Positions 25,220-35,279 of a stretch of 48,262 nucleotides of DNA are shown piece after piece; the stretch's first letter is position 1; each line of letters begins with the position of its first letter. A program made the translations under genes and the position numbers. Under the pieces are notes generated by a model. It was not told the DNA's origin and searched no databases. It worked only from the letters and a program-made list of their open reading frames with translations. This DNA is from an uncultured bacterium (GTDB lineage: Bacteria > Acidobacteriota > Thermoanaerobaculia > Multivoradales > JAHZIX01), in the NCBI GenBank assembly GCA_965368975.1, contig CBDUPA010000032.1, positions 1-48,262 on the forward strand, written 5' to 3'.

Positions 25220-25713
25220 CCAGCCGGGCGCCAGGATCTGTTTACGAACAAAGGGTTGACTTCGAAGGCATCATGCGCGCCCAAGACCGTCGGCACGCCG
25301 ACACCTTGAAGGAGCTTCGGACTGTCATCTTTCAGATGCAGAATCGCACCCTCAGATTTGTCGAAGAAGCGTTGATACGTAACAAGTCACGTGCAGCCAT
25401 ACGAAGCTTCAAGCCCTCTGGCCAGAAGTACCGAGCCGTGCTCCGCAAGCGAATGGAAGCTGCGGCTCGACGTGGCCACCTCGATGTCAGGAAGGAGACT
25501 GGCGCTAAGTCACTTCCCTTCCGAGGCCCGGACACCAACCGGGCGCGAGAGCGCGCTGACACGCTCGTAGACGACCACCTTGGCAGGCTGACGCAAGATC
25601 TCAAGCGGGCTTGGAATGGAGCGATGCAGGCTCCTCTGGATGCCGATCAACTCAGGTACGTTACGAGGAAGGTCTTCGCCGACTTCGCTGGATGGAAACA
25701 GCCGGTGCCCTGA
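25216..25713 (+). CDS. Helical basic protein, possibly the N-terminal half of a split MuF
   Basis: ATGA coupling; between portal and MuF-domain gene. Confidence 0.6.
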   Translation: MTSRAPGSVYEQRVDFEGIMRAQDRRHADTLKELRTVIFQMQNRTLRFVEEALIRNKSRAAIRSFKPSGQKYRAVLRKRMEAAARRGHLDVRKETGAKSLPFRGPDTNRARERADTLVDDHLGRLTQDLKRAWNGAMQAPLDADQLRYVTRKVFADFAGWKQPVP

Positions 25714-26129
25714 TGTCCGGATACATTGACAACAACACCGGTCAGGGTCTTTGGGAGTCTTACGCAAGCGGGCGCGCATCCGCGGGCGCGCACCTCGAAG
25801 GCGGTTCCAGTCTCGCACAGTGGTCAGCCGTCAACGACTCGAAGACTTGCGACTTCTGCGGCTGGGCTGATGAGCGAATCTTTGACACCAGATTCCAGCC
25901 TTGGTATCCACCCGAGCACTACGGTTGTCGATGCATCATCGCTTACATTCTGTCGGATGAATTCCAGCCGGAACCAGACTGGGGCGAAGGACCTCCGTCA
26001 GAAGCCTTCCCTCCTGGCCAGATTGGATTGCTCGATGATGTCGCCAGGAATGTCGGGCAAACAGAGATCCCGGGCAGCAAGGCTGCAGCTGGTGCTGTCA
26101 AGAAGCCTCCGGTCGATCCTGATGACTGA
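25713..26129 (+). CDS. MuF-like minor head (head morphogenesis) domain protein
   Basis: WSAVNDSKTCDFC...PPEHYGCRC signature. Confidence 0.8.
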   Translation: MSGYIDNNTGQGLWESYASGRASAGAHLEGGSSLAQWSAVNDSKTCDFCGWADERIFDTRFQPWYPPEHYGCRCIIAYILSDEFQPEPDWGEGPPSEAFPPGQIGLLDDVARNVGQTEIPGSKAAAGAVKKPPVDPDD

Positions 26130-26193
26130 GGGTTCAGTCGATAGCTAACTCCGCAAGTGCATCATCTGCAGCGAGTGGTTGAAAGGAACCCCG

Positions 26194-26496
26194 ATGGACA
26201 AGCCGACACAGAAACGGGTGGCTCTCTACTTGCCGAGCCATTACAAGAACCGCACTAACGCAGTCACTGCTGGTCAAGCCAAGTCAGGCGAGATCTCCCC
26301 AAAGGGATTGATGACCGAGACGGAGGACTGGGAAGGTCGAGTCAAGGTGTTGGCGAGGCCGACTACGATTCACCTGAAGATGAATCCTGACGGGACCATA
26401 AGACCGAAGACGATGGCGGAGCTAATCGAAGAAGGCAAGTTCTTCATCGGCAAGGGTCCGTCCGATTTCTTGCCGACAACCCAAGGAGCAGCATGA
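26194..26496 (+). CDS. Hypothetical protein
   Basis: AAAGGAA RBS before ATG 26194. Confidence 0.65.
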   Translation: MDKPTQKRVALYLPSHYKNRTNAVTAGQAKSGEISPKGLMTETEDWEGRVKVLARPTTIHLKMNPDGTIRPKTMAELIEEGKFFIGKGPSDFLPTTQGAA

Positions 26497-26723
26497 GTGC
26501 ACGAATCGAAAGACTGCGTGCGGAGCTAGCACTTGCAGAGATGGAGGAAGCCTTCATTGATGCGAAGATGACTGGCAAGGTGACCAAGACGATGAAGGAT
26601 GAGCTTCGTGAAGCTCGGCGTTCGTTCCGGTCCACCTACCGCGAGCAGGTGAACGTCAACCCGGCCACCACGGAGGCAGGTGCGGGTGTTGAGAAGGCCA
26701 AGGCGAAGGGAGGCAAGTCCTAA
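26493..26723 (+). CDS. Hypothetical protein
   Basis: AAGGAG RBS, coupled to both neighbours. Confidence 0.7.
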   Translation: MSARIERLRAELALAEMEEAFIDAKMTGKVTKTMKDELREARRSFRSTYREQVNVNPATTEAGAGVEKAKAKGGKS

Positions 26724-27166
26724 TGGCGATCGCAGCAGCTGGGGCTTATGCCCTCACCTTCGAGAAGATGTTCATTGACACAGCCGGTCAGTCCATGGAG
26801 GCTGAGACCCATAAGGAACTCCTGGTTCAAGACGGGTACACGCCAGCCTATGACACCCACGACTTCCGTGACGACATCACCAACGAGGTGTCCGGAACTG
26901 GGTACACTGCGGGTGGTGTCGCCTGTACCGGAACTGAGTGGACCATCGCAGCAGGTTTGATGACGTTCGATATGGTGGACACCGTCTACTCGACAGTCAC
27001 CATTACGGATGCTATGGGTGGCGTTTACTACTTCAATGTAGGCACCGCAGGCACCGATCAGCTTCTGCTGCTGCAGGATTTCGTGACGGCAGCTTCTGCG
27101 ACGGCAGCTGACTTCACCATCCAGCATGCAGCTGGTGGCGTGCTCACCCTCGATCACACGCCATAA
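26723..27166 (+). CDS. Putative virion structural protein (beta-rich)
   Basis: NEVSGTGYTAGG...DFTIQ pattern; Thr/Ala/Gly-rich. Confidence 0.7.
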   Translation: MAIAAAGAYALTFEKMFIDTAGQSMEAETHKELLVQDGYTPAYDTHDFRDDITNEVSGTGYTAGGVACTGTEWTIAAGLMTFDMVDTVYSTVTITDAMGGVYYFNVGTAGTDQLLLLQDFVTAASATAADFTIQHAAGGVLTLDHTP

Positions 27167-27176
27167 GTGGAATGAG

Positions 27177-27203
27177 TGGGGAGGGCTTCGGCTCTCCCCA
27201 TTT
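27177..27203 (+). terminator. Hairpin / weak terminator
   Basis: TGGGGAGGGC-TTCG-GCTCTCCCCA-TTT. Confidence 0.6.
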
Positions 27204-27217
27204 AGAAAGAGTGGTTT

Positions 27218-30202
27218 ATGGCCGCCCCAAGCGCCCTGGTAGGTGAGGTTGGTTCCAACACTGGCGGCAACGCCACTTCGCTTTCTGTAACACTACCATC
27301 AGGCACAGGCCGCAAGGCCTTCATTGTCGCTGTTGATGGTGATGTGTCTGGATCGATAAGTTTCGATCTTGATTGGACTGGCAGGGTCTTGGTGTCCGGA
27401 GGAGCGGTCACTGTTGCCCTTGTCACCAGCGATGATGATACGGCCTTTACTGCATCTGGTGTTACTTGGTCAGGCAACCAGCGTGGAGCCGCGATCGGCT
27501 TCATGTTCCCATCCGATGGAGACGCGACGGCTCTAGTGATCCCGACAGGATCTACCGGAGCATCTGCCTCACCCGATCCTCCTGACACTGGCACTCTCAC
27601 CTCCGGTGACTACCGCATCGTTGCCTTGTGTGGATACGACAATGGTCTTCGCACCGTCTCGTCATATCCTGAAGCAGACGACAACCTCAACGAACGTGAC
27701 GCATCCAACCAGGCTGCCGGTGTCGGGATTTGCTCAGTTGGTCAAACATCAATCACTTCATACAATCCTGGGACATTTGGACTTTCGACAGGAGACCAGT
27801 GGGCAGCTTTTACTATTGCGATACCTGCTGACAGCGGGACTCCTGGTAGTGTTTCTCCAGCAGCTGTCGCCACCTCGATCGCAGCACCGACACCCACCCC
27901 GAGCGGAGCAGCAACCGTCAGCCCGGCTGCAGTCGGAAGTGTTGCGGGTCTTCCGACACCGAGTACCGAAGCCGGAGCCACTACTGTTGCACCAGCGACC
28001 GTAGCTAACTTGATCGCAGTCTTGTCCGCATCCATTAGCGCTGGAGCAAAGGTGTCTCCTGCAGCCATTGCGGCCATTGCGGCTTTGCCAGCAGCCACTC
28101 CTCTGACCGTCAGAATACCAGGCAGTTTTGCATTGACAGACTTTGCGGCCATCTACGACGGCATCGATTTGCCAGCCTCGGGAGACATCACTCAGTGGGA
28201 TGATCTCTCGGGCAACGACCGTCACCTGGACGAAGACATATCGGCCGGGACGAACCCACCATCAGTGACTACCTCTTACTTCGGTGGAGCGAAGGCTGCT
28301 GATTTCGATGACACCAACTTGGAGACTCTTGAGTACGATGAGGGGTCAACGTTCTATTCAGGAGATATCGGCTTCATAATCGTAGCCAGATTCCACACAT
28401 TCGTAGGTGCCTCTGATGTCATCTTGTCGGCTGCGACTGGAGGTTCCGGCTCCACCTGGAAACACGTCTTCGGAACCGCCACCTCTGGTGCAGCTTACGT
28501 TTGCATGCATGGTGATGGCTCACCGGGTGCACACAAGACATTCGGGACACCCGCAACGGCAACCGATTTCATCGCTACTGGTTATATTCGTTCCAGCGGG
28601 GACGATGACTGGTGGATAAACAAGACCCAGGAACTTGACGCTACAGATTCTGGAGGCAACGATCTTCGAGGCTGGAGACTCGGCACCAGGGAGACGGATG
28701 ATCGTCCGCTGGATGGCGCCATTGCTTACGTGGCCATCATCGAGATGGATGGGTTCAGCGAGACAGACCTGCTGGCCGCTCGTGATGATGTCGGAGGATG
28801 GTTCGGCATCACTGGCTTCGGAGCCAACTCTGTATCTCCTGCTGCAATCGCTGCCGCGCTTGGAATCCCAACGCCGACGATCAAGGTGGCTCCAACCCTC
28901 ACTCCTGCAGCCATCGCAGCTGCCCTCGCGGCACCCACAGCAACGCCGACGGTTTCACCTACAGTCGAGCCGACTGTAACAGCGTTGAGCTTGGCGACAC
29001 CAACACCGACCATCATCAGCCCAGGCAGCGCGTCTCCGGTTGCAGTCGGAACTGTATTCGGGCTGTTGGCACCGTCTCTCCTTGCGGCCGCGAGCGTAAG
29101 CCCGAGCGCAGCCGCGCTTGTGCTCGGGATGCCACTGCCTGCAATACTCGGAGGCTCGGCTGCTCTGCCAGCCGCAATCGATTTGTCCGGGAGTTTCCCA
29201 ACACCGACCGCTCTGGGTGAAGTTGTTGTAACTCCTGCTGCTGCAGATCTTGTCGCCAACTTGTTAAGTGCATCCTTGTCGGCTGCCTCTTCGGTGTCTC
29301 CCTCGGGCTTGGCGTTGGTCGCTGGTTTGCCGTCACCGTCACCGTCAGGAGGGGTGGCTTCAACTCCTGGTCTGGTCTCGGTGTTGGCTGACCTACTCGG
29401 TGCAGACATATCCGCTGGGGTCAATGCGGCAGCTGCACTGATTCCATTGCTGGGAGATCTACCTACGCCAGTAGCTACCTCACAGCCGATCGCCACACCT
29501 TCTGCAGTCGGGCTGGAGACAAGCCTGCTCACTCCTGGACTAACTGTCGCACCGACCGTTGACCCTGGCGTATTAGCGCTCTCAGTCGCCCTTCCCACAG
29601 CGTTAGTATCGGCTGCACCAGTAGCGAGCCCTTTTTCGATCGGCCTTGTTGCGGACCTACCACAACCCGTCATTTCAAGCTCTGGTTTGGCGCTCCCAGC
29701 CTCTGTCAGCTTGCCGCTTGATTTGCCGAATCCGGCGGCACTCACACCAGGTGGGGTGGCTCCTGCCACAATCGAGACTGCGACAGATCTGCCTTCTCCA
29801 ATCGTGGCGGCAGCAAGCTCGGTCACTCCTGGGTTGATCGTGGTGGCGGTTGGTCTCGACACTCCGCAACCAACTGGAGCCGCCAGTAGTTCACCCGGCA
29901 GCGTTGACCTCACCGTTGGCTCCTCAACTCCGGTAGTGTCGATCGCAGGATCATCGTCACCACTCGACTTGGCACTGGCAGTTTCTGTCCTCGCTCCGGG
30001 TGTCGATGCACCGGGCGCGGTGTCACCTGTTGTGATTGAGGCTTTGCTTGGTATATCGACACCCACCATAATCTCCAACCTCGGGATCCAACCTCGGGTT
30101 CGTCGAGGACGGACCAAGTCCTCGTTCTCAGGCTCGAAGGCCAGCGAGCACGCAGGTAGACACAAAAGCGAACACGAAGGAATGAGAACTTATGCCGATT
30201 GA
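27218..30202 (+). CDS. Large fibre-like virion protein with ~22-aa Pro/Ala/Thr repeats and a LamG/concanavalin-like domain
   Basis: ITQWDDLSGNDRH...LDGAIAYVAI lectin-like core flanked by many VxPxAxxxxxxLPTPx repeats. Confidence 0.7.
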   Translation: MAAPSALVGEVGSNTGGNATSLSVTLPSGTGRKAFIVAVDGDVSGSISFDLDWTGRVLVSGGAVTVALVTSDDDTAFTASGVTWSGNQRGAAIGFMFPSDGDATALVIPTGSTGASASPDPPDTGTLTSGDYRIVALCGYDNGLRTVSSYPEADDNLNERDASNQAAGVGICSVGQTSITSYNPGTFGLSTGDQWAAFTIAIPADSGTPGSVSPAAVATSIAAPTPTPSGAATVSPAAVGSVAGLPTPSTEAGATTVAPATVANLIAVLSASISAGAKVSPAAIAAIAALPAATPLTVRIPGSFALTDFAAIYDGIDLPASGDITQWDDLSGNDRHLDEDISAGTNPPSVTTSYFGGAKAADFDDTNLETLEYDEGSTFYSGDIGFIIVARFHTFVGASDVILSAATGGSGSTWKHVFGTATSGAAYVCMHGDGSPGAHKTFGTPATATDFIATGYIRSSGDDDWWINKTQELDATDSGGNDLRGWRLGTRETDDRPLDGAIAYVAIIEMDGFSETDLLAARDDVGGWFGITGFGANSVSPAAIAAALGIPTPTIKVAPTLTPAAIAAALAAPTATPTVSPTVEPTVTALSLATPTPTIISPGSASPVAVGTVFGLLAPSLLAAASVSPSAAALVLGMPLPAILGGSAALPAAIDLSGSFPTPTALGEVVVTPAAADLVANLLSASLSAASSVSPSGLALVAGLPSPSPSGGVASTPGLVSVLADLLGADISAGVNAAAALIPLLGDLPTPVATSQPIATPSAVGLETSLLTPGLTVAPTVDPGVLALSVALPTALVSAAPVASPFSIGLVADLPQPVISSSGLALPASVSLPLDLPNPAALTPGGVAPATIETATDLPSPIVAAASSVTPGLIVVAVGLDTPQPTGAASSSPGSVDLTVGSSTPVVSIAGSSSPLDLALAVSVLAPGVDAPGAVSPVVIEALLGISTPTIISNLGIQPRVRRGRTKSSFSGSKASEHAGRHKSEHEGMRTYAD

Positions 30203-30560
30203 TCCACTCGCAGTGATAACCCTTGGAACCTTTATCCAATACTCAACGCCACCGGCAGTCTCCTACCAATTCCTTGACGGCAACGGTGACCCGGAGGATA
30301 TGTCCGCCGGAACCTGGACCGGAGAGATCGAGGGCAAGCAGCTTCATGTTGCTGACGCCGATCAACCCACCGACATCTTTGAGAACACACCCTCAGTTGA
30401 TGATGCGTCAGCGACCATCAGCTACATATTCGATCCGGAAGACTTCGACTACGTTGGTCGATTCCGATTCACCCTCTACGCTGGCAACGGCACTAACCGT
30501 CTCGGAGTCACTTATGAGTACCGGGTCGAGGCCTCCTACAACGAGGAGCCGACCAACTAG
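30192..30560 (+). CDS. BppU-N-like Ig-fold structural protein
   Basis: YQFLDGNGDPEDMS...ISYIFDPEDFDYVGRF pattern. Confidence 0.55.
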   Translation: MPIDPLAVITLGTFIQYSTPPAVSYQFLDGNGDPEDMSAGTWTGEIEGKQLHVADADQPTDIFENTPSVDDASATISYIFDPEDFDYVGRFRFTLYAGNGTNRLGVTYEYRVEASYNEEPTN

Positions 30561-30631
30561 GTTCGGCAGGTAGGTGTGCTGTTCAGCGACACTACATTCC
30601 ACGACAAACCCCGAACACGGAAGGAGACAAG

Positions 30632-31792
30632 TTGCTGACCGAAGTCCTGTCACCCATCGCTTTAGAACTAGCGGATGGGGAGACCAAGCTCACCGGACTT
30701 CAGCTGATGCCGCTCGGTGTCTGGGATCACCCGCGAGGGAAGATCGCCATGACCGTAGACCGGGCACGTAGCTTCGCTGAAGGTTTCCGGAGGCAGGTCG
30801 CAGGCCAACGCCTGCCGGTGCTGTACATCCACTCAGACAAGAGCAACGTTGCTCATCCGATGTACGGTAAGGCTGCGGGATGGATCACCGACATGCGAGC
30901 CGACGAACAACGTGGCTTGCTCATCGATGTTGACTTCACAAAGCCAGGCGCACAGGTTGTCCGGAACAAAGAGTTCTCCTACCTGAGCGCCGAATACTTC
31001 GACAAGGTCCAACTGCCGCACCACGATCGTCCTCACCAGGACGTGATGGTCGGTGCGGCATTGGTGAACAGACCTCACCTGAAGGGTATGAATCCCATCC
31101 TCAATGAGGAGACCGGGCATCAGTTCTTCTACGAGGTGCAAGCGGATGAAGGAGGTGGTCCTGTGGACCCAATTCTGTTGCAGCTTTGTGAAGCTGCCGG
31201 GATTGAGATTGCCAAGGACGCCACAGAGTTGACTGACGATCAGCGCGAATCCATCACCACCTATCTCACGGAGCAGGCGACTGCTTCGAAGACGGTGGCG
31301 GATGAGCGTGACTCGCTCAAGAAGCAACTGGCGGACCTTGAGGATCCGGAGTCAGCCAAGGTTCGTTCCTTGGCAGAAGCCGGATTCGCAGAAGAGGCAA
31401 CGCTCCTTGCCGAACTGGCTGCCGAGCGTGAGCTAACGCAGCTGGAGGGTATGCTCCCGGATGGGCATATCTATACCAAGCCGACCAAAGAGAAGCTGGC
31501 GGAGTACTCACAGGACCGAGATCCTGTGAAGCTGCGCGAGGCCTTCGAACTGGTTGTCTCCGGCAAGGGTACAGCTGACACTCGGGAGCTTGGCTCCTCG
31601 GGTGGGACGAAGGATGACGATACCGATTCTGGCTCCGAATTCAACCTCGAAGTCGCCAAGCTGATGCGGGAGGACAAGGAATTGTCCATCGCCGAAGCGA
31701 TGGATCGAGTCATCGAGACCAAGCCCTCCCTGTACGAAGCCCATGAGCTTCAGATGCGCGGTGGGGCTGCGTTGGTTGGAGGTGGTGCCTAA
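30632..31792 (+). CDS. Prohead protease/scaffold (Mu gpI-like)
   Basis: LMPLG, AAGWI, YLSAEY, GAALVNRPHLKGM; coiled acidic C-terminus; AAGGAG RBS with TTG start. Confidence 0.85.
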   Translation: MLTEVLSPIALELADGETKLTGLQLMPLGVWDHPRGKIAMTVDRARSFAEGFRRQVAGQRLPVLYIHSDKSNVAHPMYGKAAGWITDMRADEQRGLLIDVDFTKPGAQVVRNKEFSYLSAEYFDKVQLPHHDRPHQDVMVGAALVNRPHLKGMNPILNEETGHQFFYEVQADEGGGPVDPILLQLCEAAGIEIAKDATELTDDQRESITTYLTEQATASKTVADERDSLKKQLADLEDPESAKVRSLAEAGFAEEATLLAELAAERELTQLEGMLPDGHIYTKPTKEKLAEYSQDRDPVKLREAFELVVSGKGTADTRELGSSGGTKDDDTDSGSEFNLEVAKLMREDKELSIAEAMDRVIETKPSLYEAHELQMRGGAALVGGGA

Positions 31793-32187
31793 TGGGTGCA
31801 GCAGCAGGATCTGCTCCTCCAGTTCCGGTCACTATGACCGCAGAGACCGACATGACCAAGTATCGATTTGTCAAGCTGGGGACAGCTGCCAATACTGTGA
31901 CCGCTGTAACGGCAATCACGGATGAGGCTCCCTACGTCCTGGTGGAGACGGTTGATGCCTCAGAGGCCGATGCTGCAAGTGTCTGGCCGCTCAACAAGGG
32001 AGGCATTGTTCCGATCGAGGCTGCGGCCGCGATCGCGCTCGGTGCTTCCATCGCCCCATCCACGAACGGTCGTGGGCAGACTGCGGTTTCTACGCAGTTC
32101 CCACGAGGTGTTGCGTTGGAGGCAGCCTCAGCCGCAGGCCACATCATTCCGATGCTGGTCCAGCCGGATGAGACTGCCGTAGTGTAA
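31792..32187 (+). CDS. Capsid decoration/cement protein (DUF2190-like)
   Basis: KYRFVKL...GVALEAASAAGHIIPM; between protease and MCP. Confidence 0.75.
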   Translation: MGAAAGSAPPVPVTMTAETDMTKYRFVKLGTAANTVTAVTAITDEAPYVLVETVDASEADAASVWPLNKGGIVPIEAAAAIALGASIAPSTNGRGQTAVSTQFPRGVALEAASAAGHIIPMLVQPDETAVV

Positions 32188-32202
32188 GAGAGGAGTTGAC
32201 CA

Positions 32203-33162
32203 ATGCCAGATTTTGCTAGCACACACGTTGACTCCGTGATGACGAACTTCTCTCGGCAGTACCCACTGCCGATAGGGATGGTGGCAGACATCATCCTGCC
32301 CGCATCGCGGGTGTCGAAGGAGTCCGGAGTCTTCTTCCGCTACTCGAAGGGCGACATGGCCCGAGTCCCCTACACCAAGCGAGCCATTCGGTCTGAAAGC
32401 CGTAGGGTCGATTGGCAAGTGGACACCGATTCGTACAAGTGTGAAGAGTATGCACTCAACGATCTGATCGATGACCGCGAGTACAAGCAGGCTGATCGCC
32501 CGCTCGATCTCCGGCGCGATACTGTCGCCAACCTTCAGCGGTTGATGCGGCTTGATCGTGAGAAGCGCGCTCACACACTTGCAACGAGCGCAGCCATTAC
32601 GAAGAACACCACGCTCACTGGCACCAATCAGTGGCGCGATGCTGGAGCTTCCGGTACGACCGCGACACCTCTGTTCGACATTGAGACTGGCTCCGAAGCC
32701 GTCCGTGCCGATACGGGTGTCCGGCCGAACCTGGCAGTCTTCGGTATGGCTGCGTGGCTGGCCTTCGTGAAGGTGTCCCAGATCCTCGATAGGATTGTCA
32801 CCCCTGGTGGCAACTGGGGTTCGCCTACGATCGGCGTGGATCAGGCACGCACACTTCTCGCTCCGTACGGCATCACTCGTGTGGTAGTCGCTGACGGTAT
32901 CGAGAACACTGCGGGCGTAGGAGTGACCGATTCCTTCTCCGACATTTGGACGGACGAAGTCGGCCTCTACTACGTCAACCCGTCACCGAGCATCCGTTCC
33001 GTCACCTTCGGGTTGACGTTCTGGGCGCAGCAGTGGCAGGTGCGCCGGGCGAGACTCGAACAGCAGCACTCGGACTGGTTCGAGCCAAGCTACGTTTCTG
33101 ATGAGAAGATTGTGGCAGCTGATGTCGCATACCTCATCAAGGACGTCAGCGACGGCACGTAA
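32203..33162 (+). CDS. Major capsid protein
   Basis: 319 aa, HVDxxMTNFS N-terminus, GxRPNxAVFG; canonical position. Confidence 0.85.
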   Translation: MPDFASTHVDSVMTNFSRQYPLPIGMVADIILPASRVSKESGVFFRYSKGDMARVPYTKRAIRSESRRVDWQVDTDSYKCEEYALNDLIDDREYKQADRPLDLRRDTVANLQRLMRLDREKRAHTLATSAAITKNTTLTGTNQWRDAGASGTTATPLFDIETGSEAVRADTGVRPNLAVFGMAAWLAFVKVSQILDRIVTPGGNWGSPTIGVDQARTLLAPYGITRVVVADGIENTAGVGVTDSFSDIWTDEVGLYYVNPSPSIRSVTFGLTFWAQQWQVRRARLEQQHSDWFEPSYVSDEKIVAADVAYLIKDVSDGT

Positions 33163-33247
33163 GGTCTGAATTCGATGTGGCTGTGTGGGTGGACGGAAGC
33201 CGTCTGCCCACACACTGCATCCAGAGGAAGCAAACAAGGAGGAAACC

Positions 33248-33649
33248 ATGCCGACTGCGGCAGCGAACTTCAGCCATGGGGACGGAACTGAGTCCCTCGA
33301 TTTCTTTGCGGGTGATGAGGTGCCCGAAGAGATTGCATCAGAGATCCCACCCAACCTCATCTTGGAGAACTTGGCGAAGGCGGATCCTGATCTGCTCGAC
33401 CGAGACCAGCTGATGCGGCTGGCCGGTGTCGGCCCTTATGCGGCAGACGGTCCGTTGGAGGATGAAACCGAAGCCGCGTTCGACGAAGAGGCCTTCCTGG
33501 AGGCTATCGGAGACTTCCCCAACAAGGGCGCGCTGATCGAGTGGGCTGCCGAGTTCTACCCGGAGCTTGCCCTCGATGACGCCATGAAGCGTTCCGAACT
33601 CGAAGAGGCTTTGCTGGCCTACGTCACTGGCGAGGACGAAGAGGAGTAG
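33248..33649 (+). CDS. Acidic hypothetical protein with C-terminal HeH-like motif
   Basis: AAGGAGG RBS before ATG 33248. Confidence 0.65.
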   Translation: MPTAAANFSHGDGTESLDFFAGDEVPEEIASEIPPNLILENLAKADPDLLDRDQLMRLAGVGPYAADGPLEDETEAAFDEEAFLEAIGDFPNKGALIEWAAEFYPELALDDAMKRSELEEALLAYVTGEDEEE

Positions 33650-33652
33650 ACC

Positions 33653-34120
33653 ATGGCCTATGCTGACTACGAAGAAGTGCGCAAGATTCTCCGGGAGCAG
33701 TTCGCTGCATTCCCTGATGACTTGACCGATCAGGTTGAGATCGCTGAGGCTTGGGTGAATTCGAAGTTGGCTGGCTTCTACTCAACTCCTTTCGATGACG
33801 TGTCCCTGTACACCGAGGTGCCGGTTCAGATCAAGTGGATCACTGCGTACTGGTTGGCATGGAAGCTCTACGATGAACTCACCGTCCTTGAGACGACTCC
33901 GCACATCAACACGACCACCTCTGCAGCCGACTGGAAGCAGATGGCCGAAGACTGGTGCCAGGAGATCCGTGAGGGTGAGATGAGACTGACGTACGAAGAC
34001 GGTTCTCTGGTGCCGATTACGAACGGCACCGGAGCACCGCGCTTCGCTCCCAGCGGAGCCGCAGTTGTCAACACTGACAACGAACCATTCTTCTCCCGAG
34101 ATCAAGCCCATGAGTGGTAG
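33653..34120 (+). CDS. Head-tail adaptor (Mu gp36-like)
   Basis: MAYAD...AEAWVNSKLAGFYSTP...IREG pattern. Confidence 0.75.
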   Translation: MAYADYEEVRKILREQFAAFPDDLTDQVEIAEAWVNSKLAGFYSTPFDDVSLYTEVPVQIKWITAYWLAWKLYDELTVLETTPHINTTTSAADWKQMAEDWCQEIREGEMRLTYEDGSLVPITNGTGAPRFAPSGAAVVNTDNEPFFSRDQAHEW

Positions 34121-34123
34121 CGC

Positions 34124-34627
34124 ATGGGTGTTCAACTTGACATCAGCTGGGAAGGCCGATCGGCCAAGGACTATTCGAGGTTCTTCGTAACCGCTGCCGC
34201 TATCGATGACTTCAGGGAACCGCTTGAAGATGTCGCCCAGGATGTGATCGCACCATCCATTGCAGCCAACTTCGATGCTGGCGGGCGACCATCCTGGACT
34301 CCGCTTGCCGAATCAACGGTTGCGAAGAAGTCTTCGATGGGAGTCAGCAACCCAGGCAAAATCCTGTTCCACACTGGCGCGCTTGAAGAGGCAGCGACCA
34401 ACCCGAGCAACTACCAAGTCTCGAAGAGTGAACTGGTCGCAGCACCCTTCGGAGTGGACTACTGGATACACCACCAGACCGGAACCGAGCACGTGCCGCA
34501 GCGAGTCATTATGAAGTTGCAGGCTCAAGACCGGACAGCGATCACTCGCATTATGGCAAACTGGATTCGTACCCACATGATCTTTGACCCGAGGCTTCCA
34601 GGTGCTCGGGTTCCAGGAGGCAGATGA
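34124..34627 (+). CDS. Virion morphogenesis / tail completion protein (Mu gpG-like)
   Basis: NFDAGGRPSWTPLAEST, ILxxTGxL, HQTGT..PQR. Confidence 0.8.
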   Translation: MGVQLDISWEGRSAKDYSRFFVTAAAIDDFREPLEDVAQDVIAPSIAANFDAGGRPSWTPLAESTVAKKSSMGVSNPGKILFHTGALEEAATNPSNYQVSKSELVAAPFGVDYWIHHQTGTEHVPQRVIMKLQAQDRTAITRIMANWIRTHMIFDPRLPGARVPGGR

Positions 34628-35112
34628 TGGCTTTGGAGACTGACCTGCAGAAGATGGCGGAGCACATCGCCTTCTACCTTGAACAAGCCCGAGATGAAAT
34701 CAAGGATGTAGATGGACATGCGGTTTTCGCCAAGGCTGAATACGGTGAGCCGCGCGTCATAACTGCCTGGCCATTCTGCTCAGTGCAGCCAACTGTCAAG
34801 GATCGAATCTTGCGCCAAGGTGCGACTCGCAAGTTCCGCATAGAGTTCGATATCTCCATCTTCCTGTATCATGGAGAAGTCGCAGACACCATGACGATTC
34901 AGGCTGGCACTCATAAGCGGGCTGAAGCTTTGGATCTCTGGTTCGGCAACGACTACAAGTGGAACTTCGTTGATACAGATGATCCGACAAAGGACAAGGT
35001 GATCTTCGGTTACGTGACCAGGCTGGATCACCCGATAGTGGTAGCCCGCGAGGGACAATTGTGGTCAGCAAGCAGGCTTGAGCTAACAGCCATAAGTGAG
35101 GAGACGTTCTGA
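34624..35112 (+). CDS. Putative tail terminator
   Basis: Size and position between neck and tail tube genes. Confidence 0.55.
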   Translation: MMALETDLQKMAEHIAFYLEQARDEIKDVDGHAVFAKAEYGEPRVITAWPFCSVQPTVKDRILRQGATRKFRIEFDISIFLYHGEVADTMTIQAGTHKRAEALDLWFGNDYKWNFVDTDDPTKDKVIFGYVTRLDHPIVVAREGQLWSASRLELTAISEETF

Positions 35113-35279
35113 TGCCTGACAAAGAGACTGTCCGTTACATCGGCCCCAACGCTAAGGGCGATCCGCGGACGATGACGGTGGCCTCTGATGAGGCAGACCG
35201 TCTTGAGAAGACAAAGCTGTGGGAGCGCAAGCGCAAGGCCACAGCGAAGAAAGAACCGGAGGTGAAGACCAATGCCTGA
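35112..35279 (+). CDS. 55-aa hypothetical protein (not in ORF track)
   Basis: GAGGAG RBS, TGATG coupling; MPDKETVRYIGPNAKG... Confidence 0.55.
   Translation: MPDKETVRYIGPNAKGDPRTMTVASDEADRLEKTKLWERKRKATAKKEPEVKTNA

Noticed and set aside
28726-30165. 479-aa minus-strand ORF
   Set aside because: Antisense shadow of the Ala/Pro/Thr repeat gene; low complexity, no RBS or motifs.
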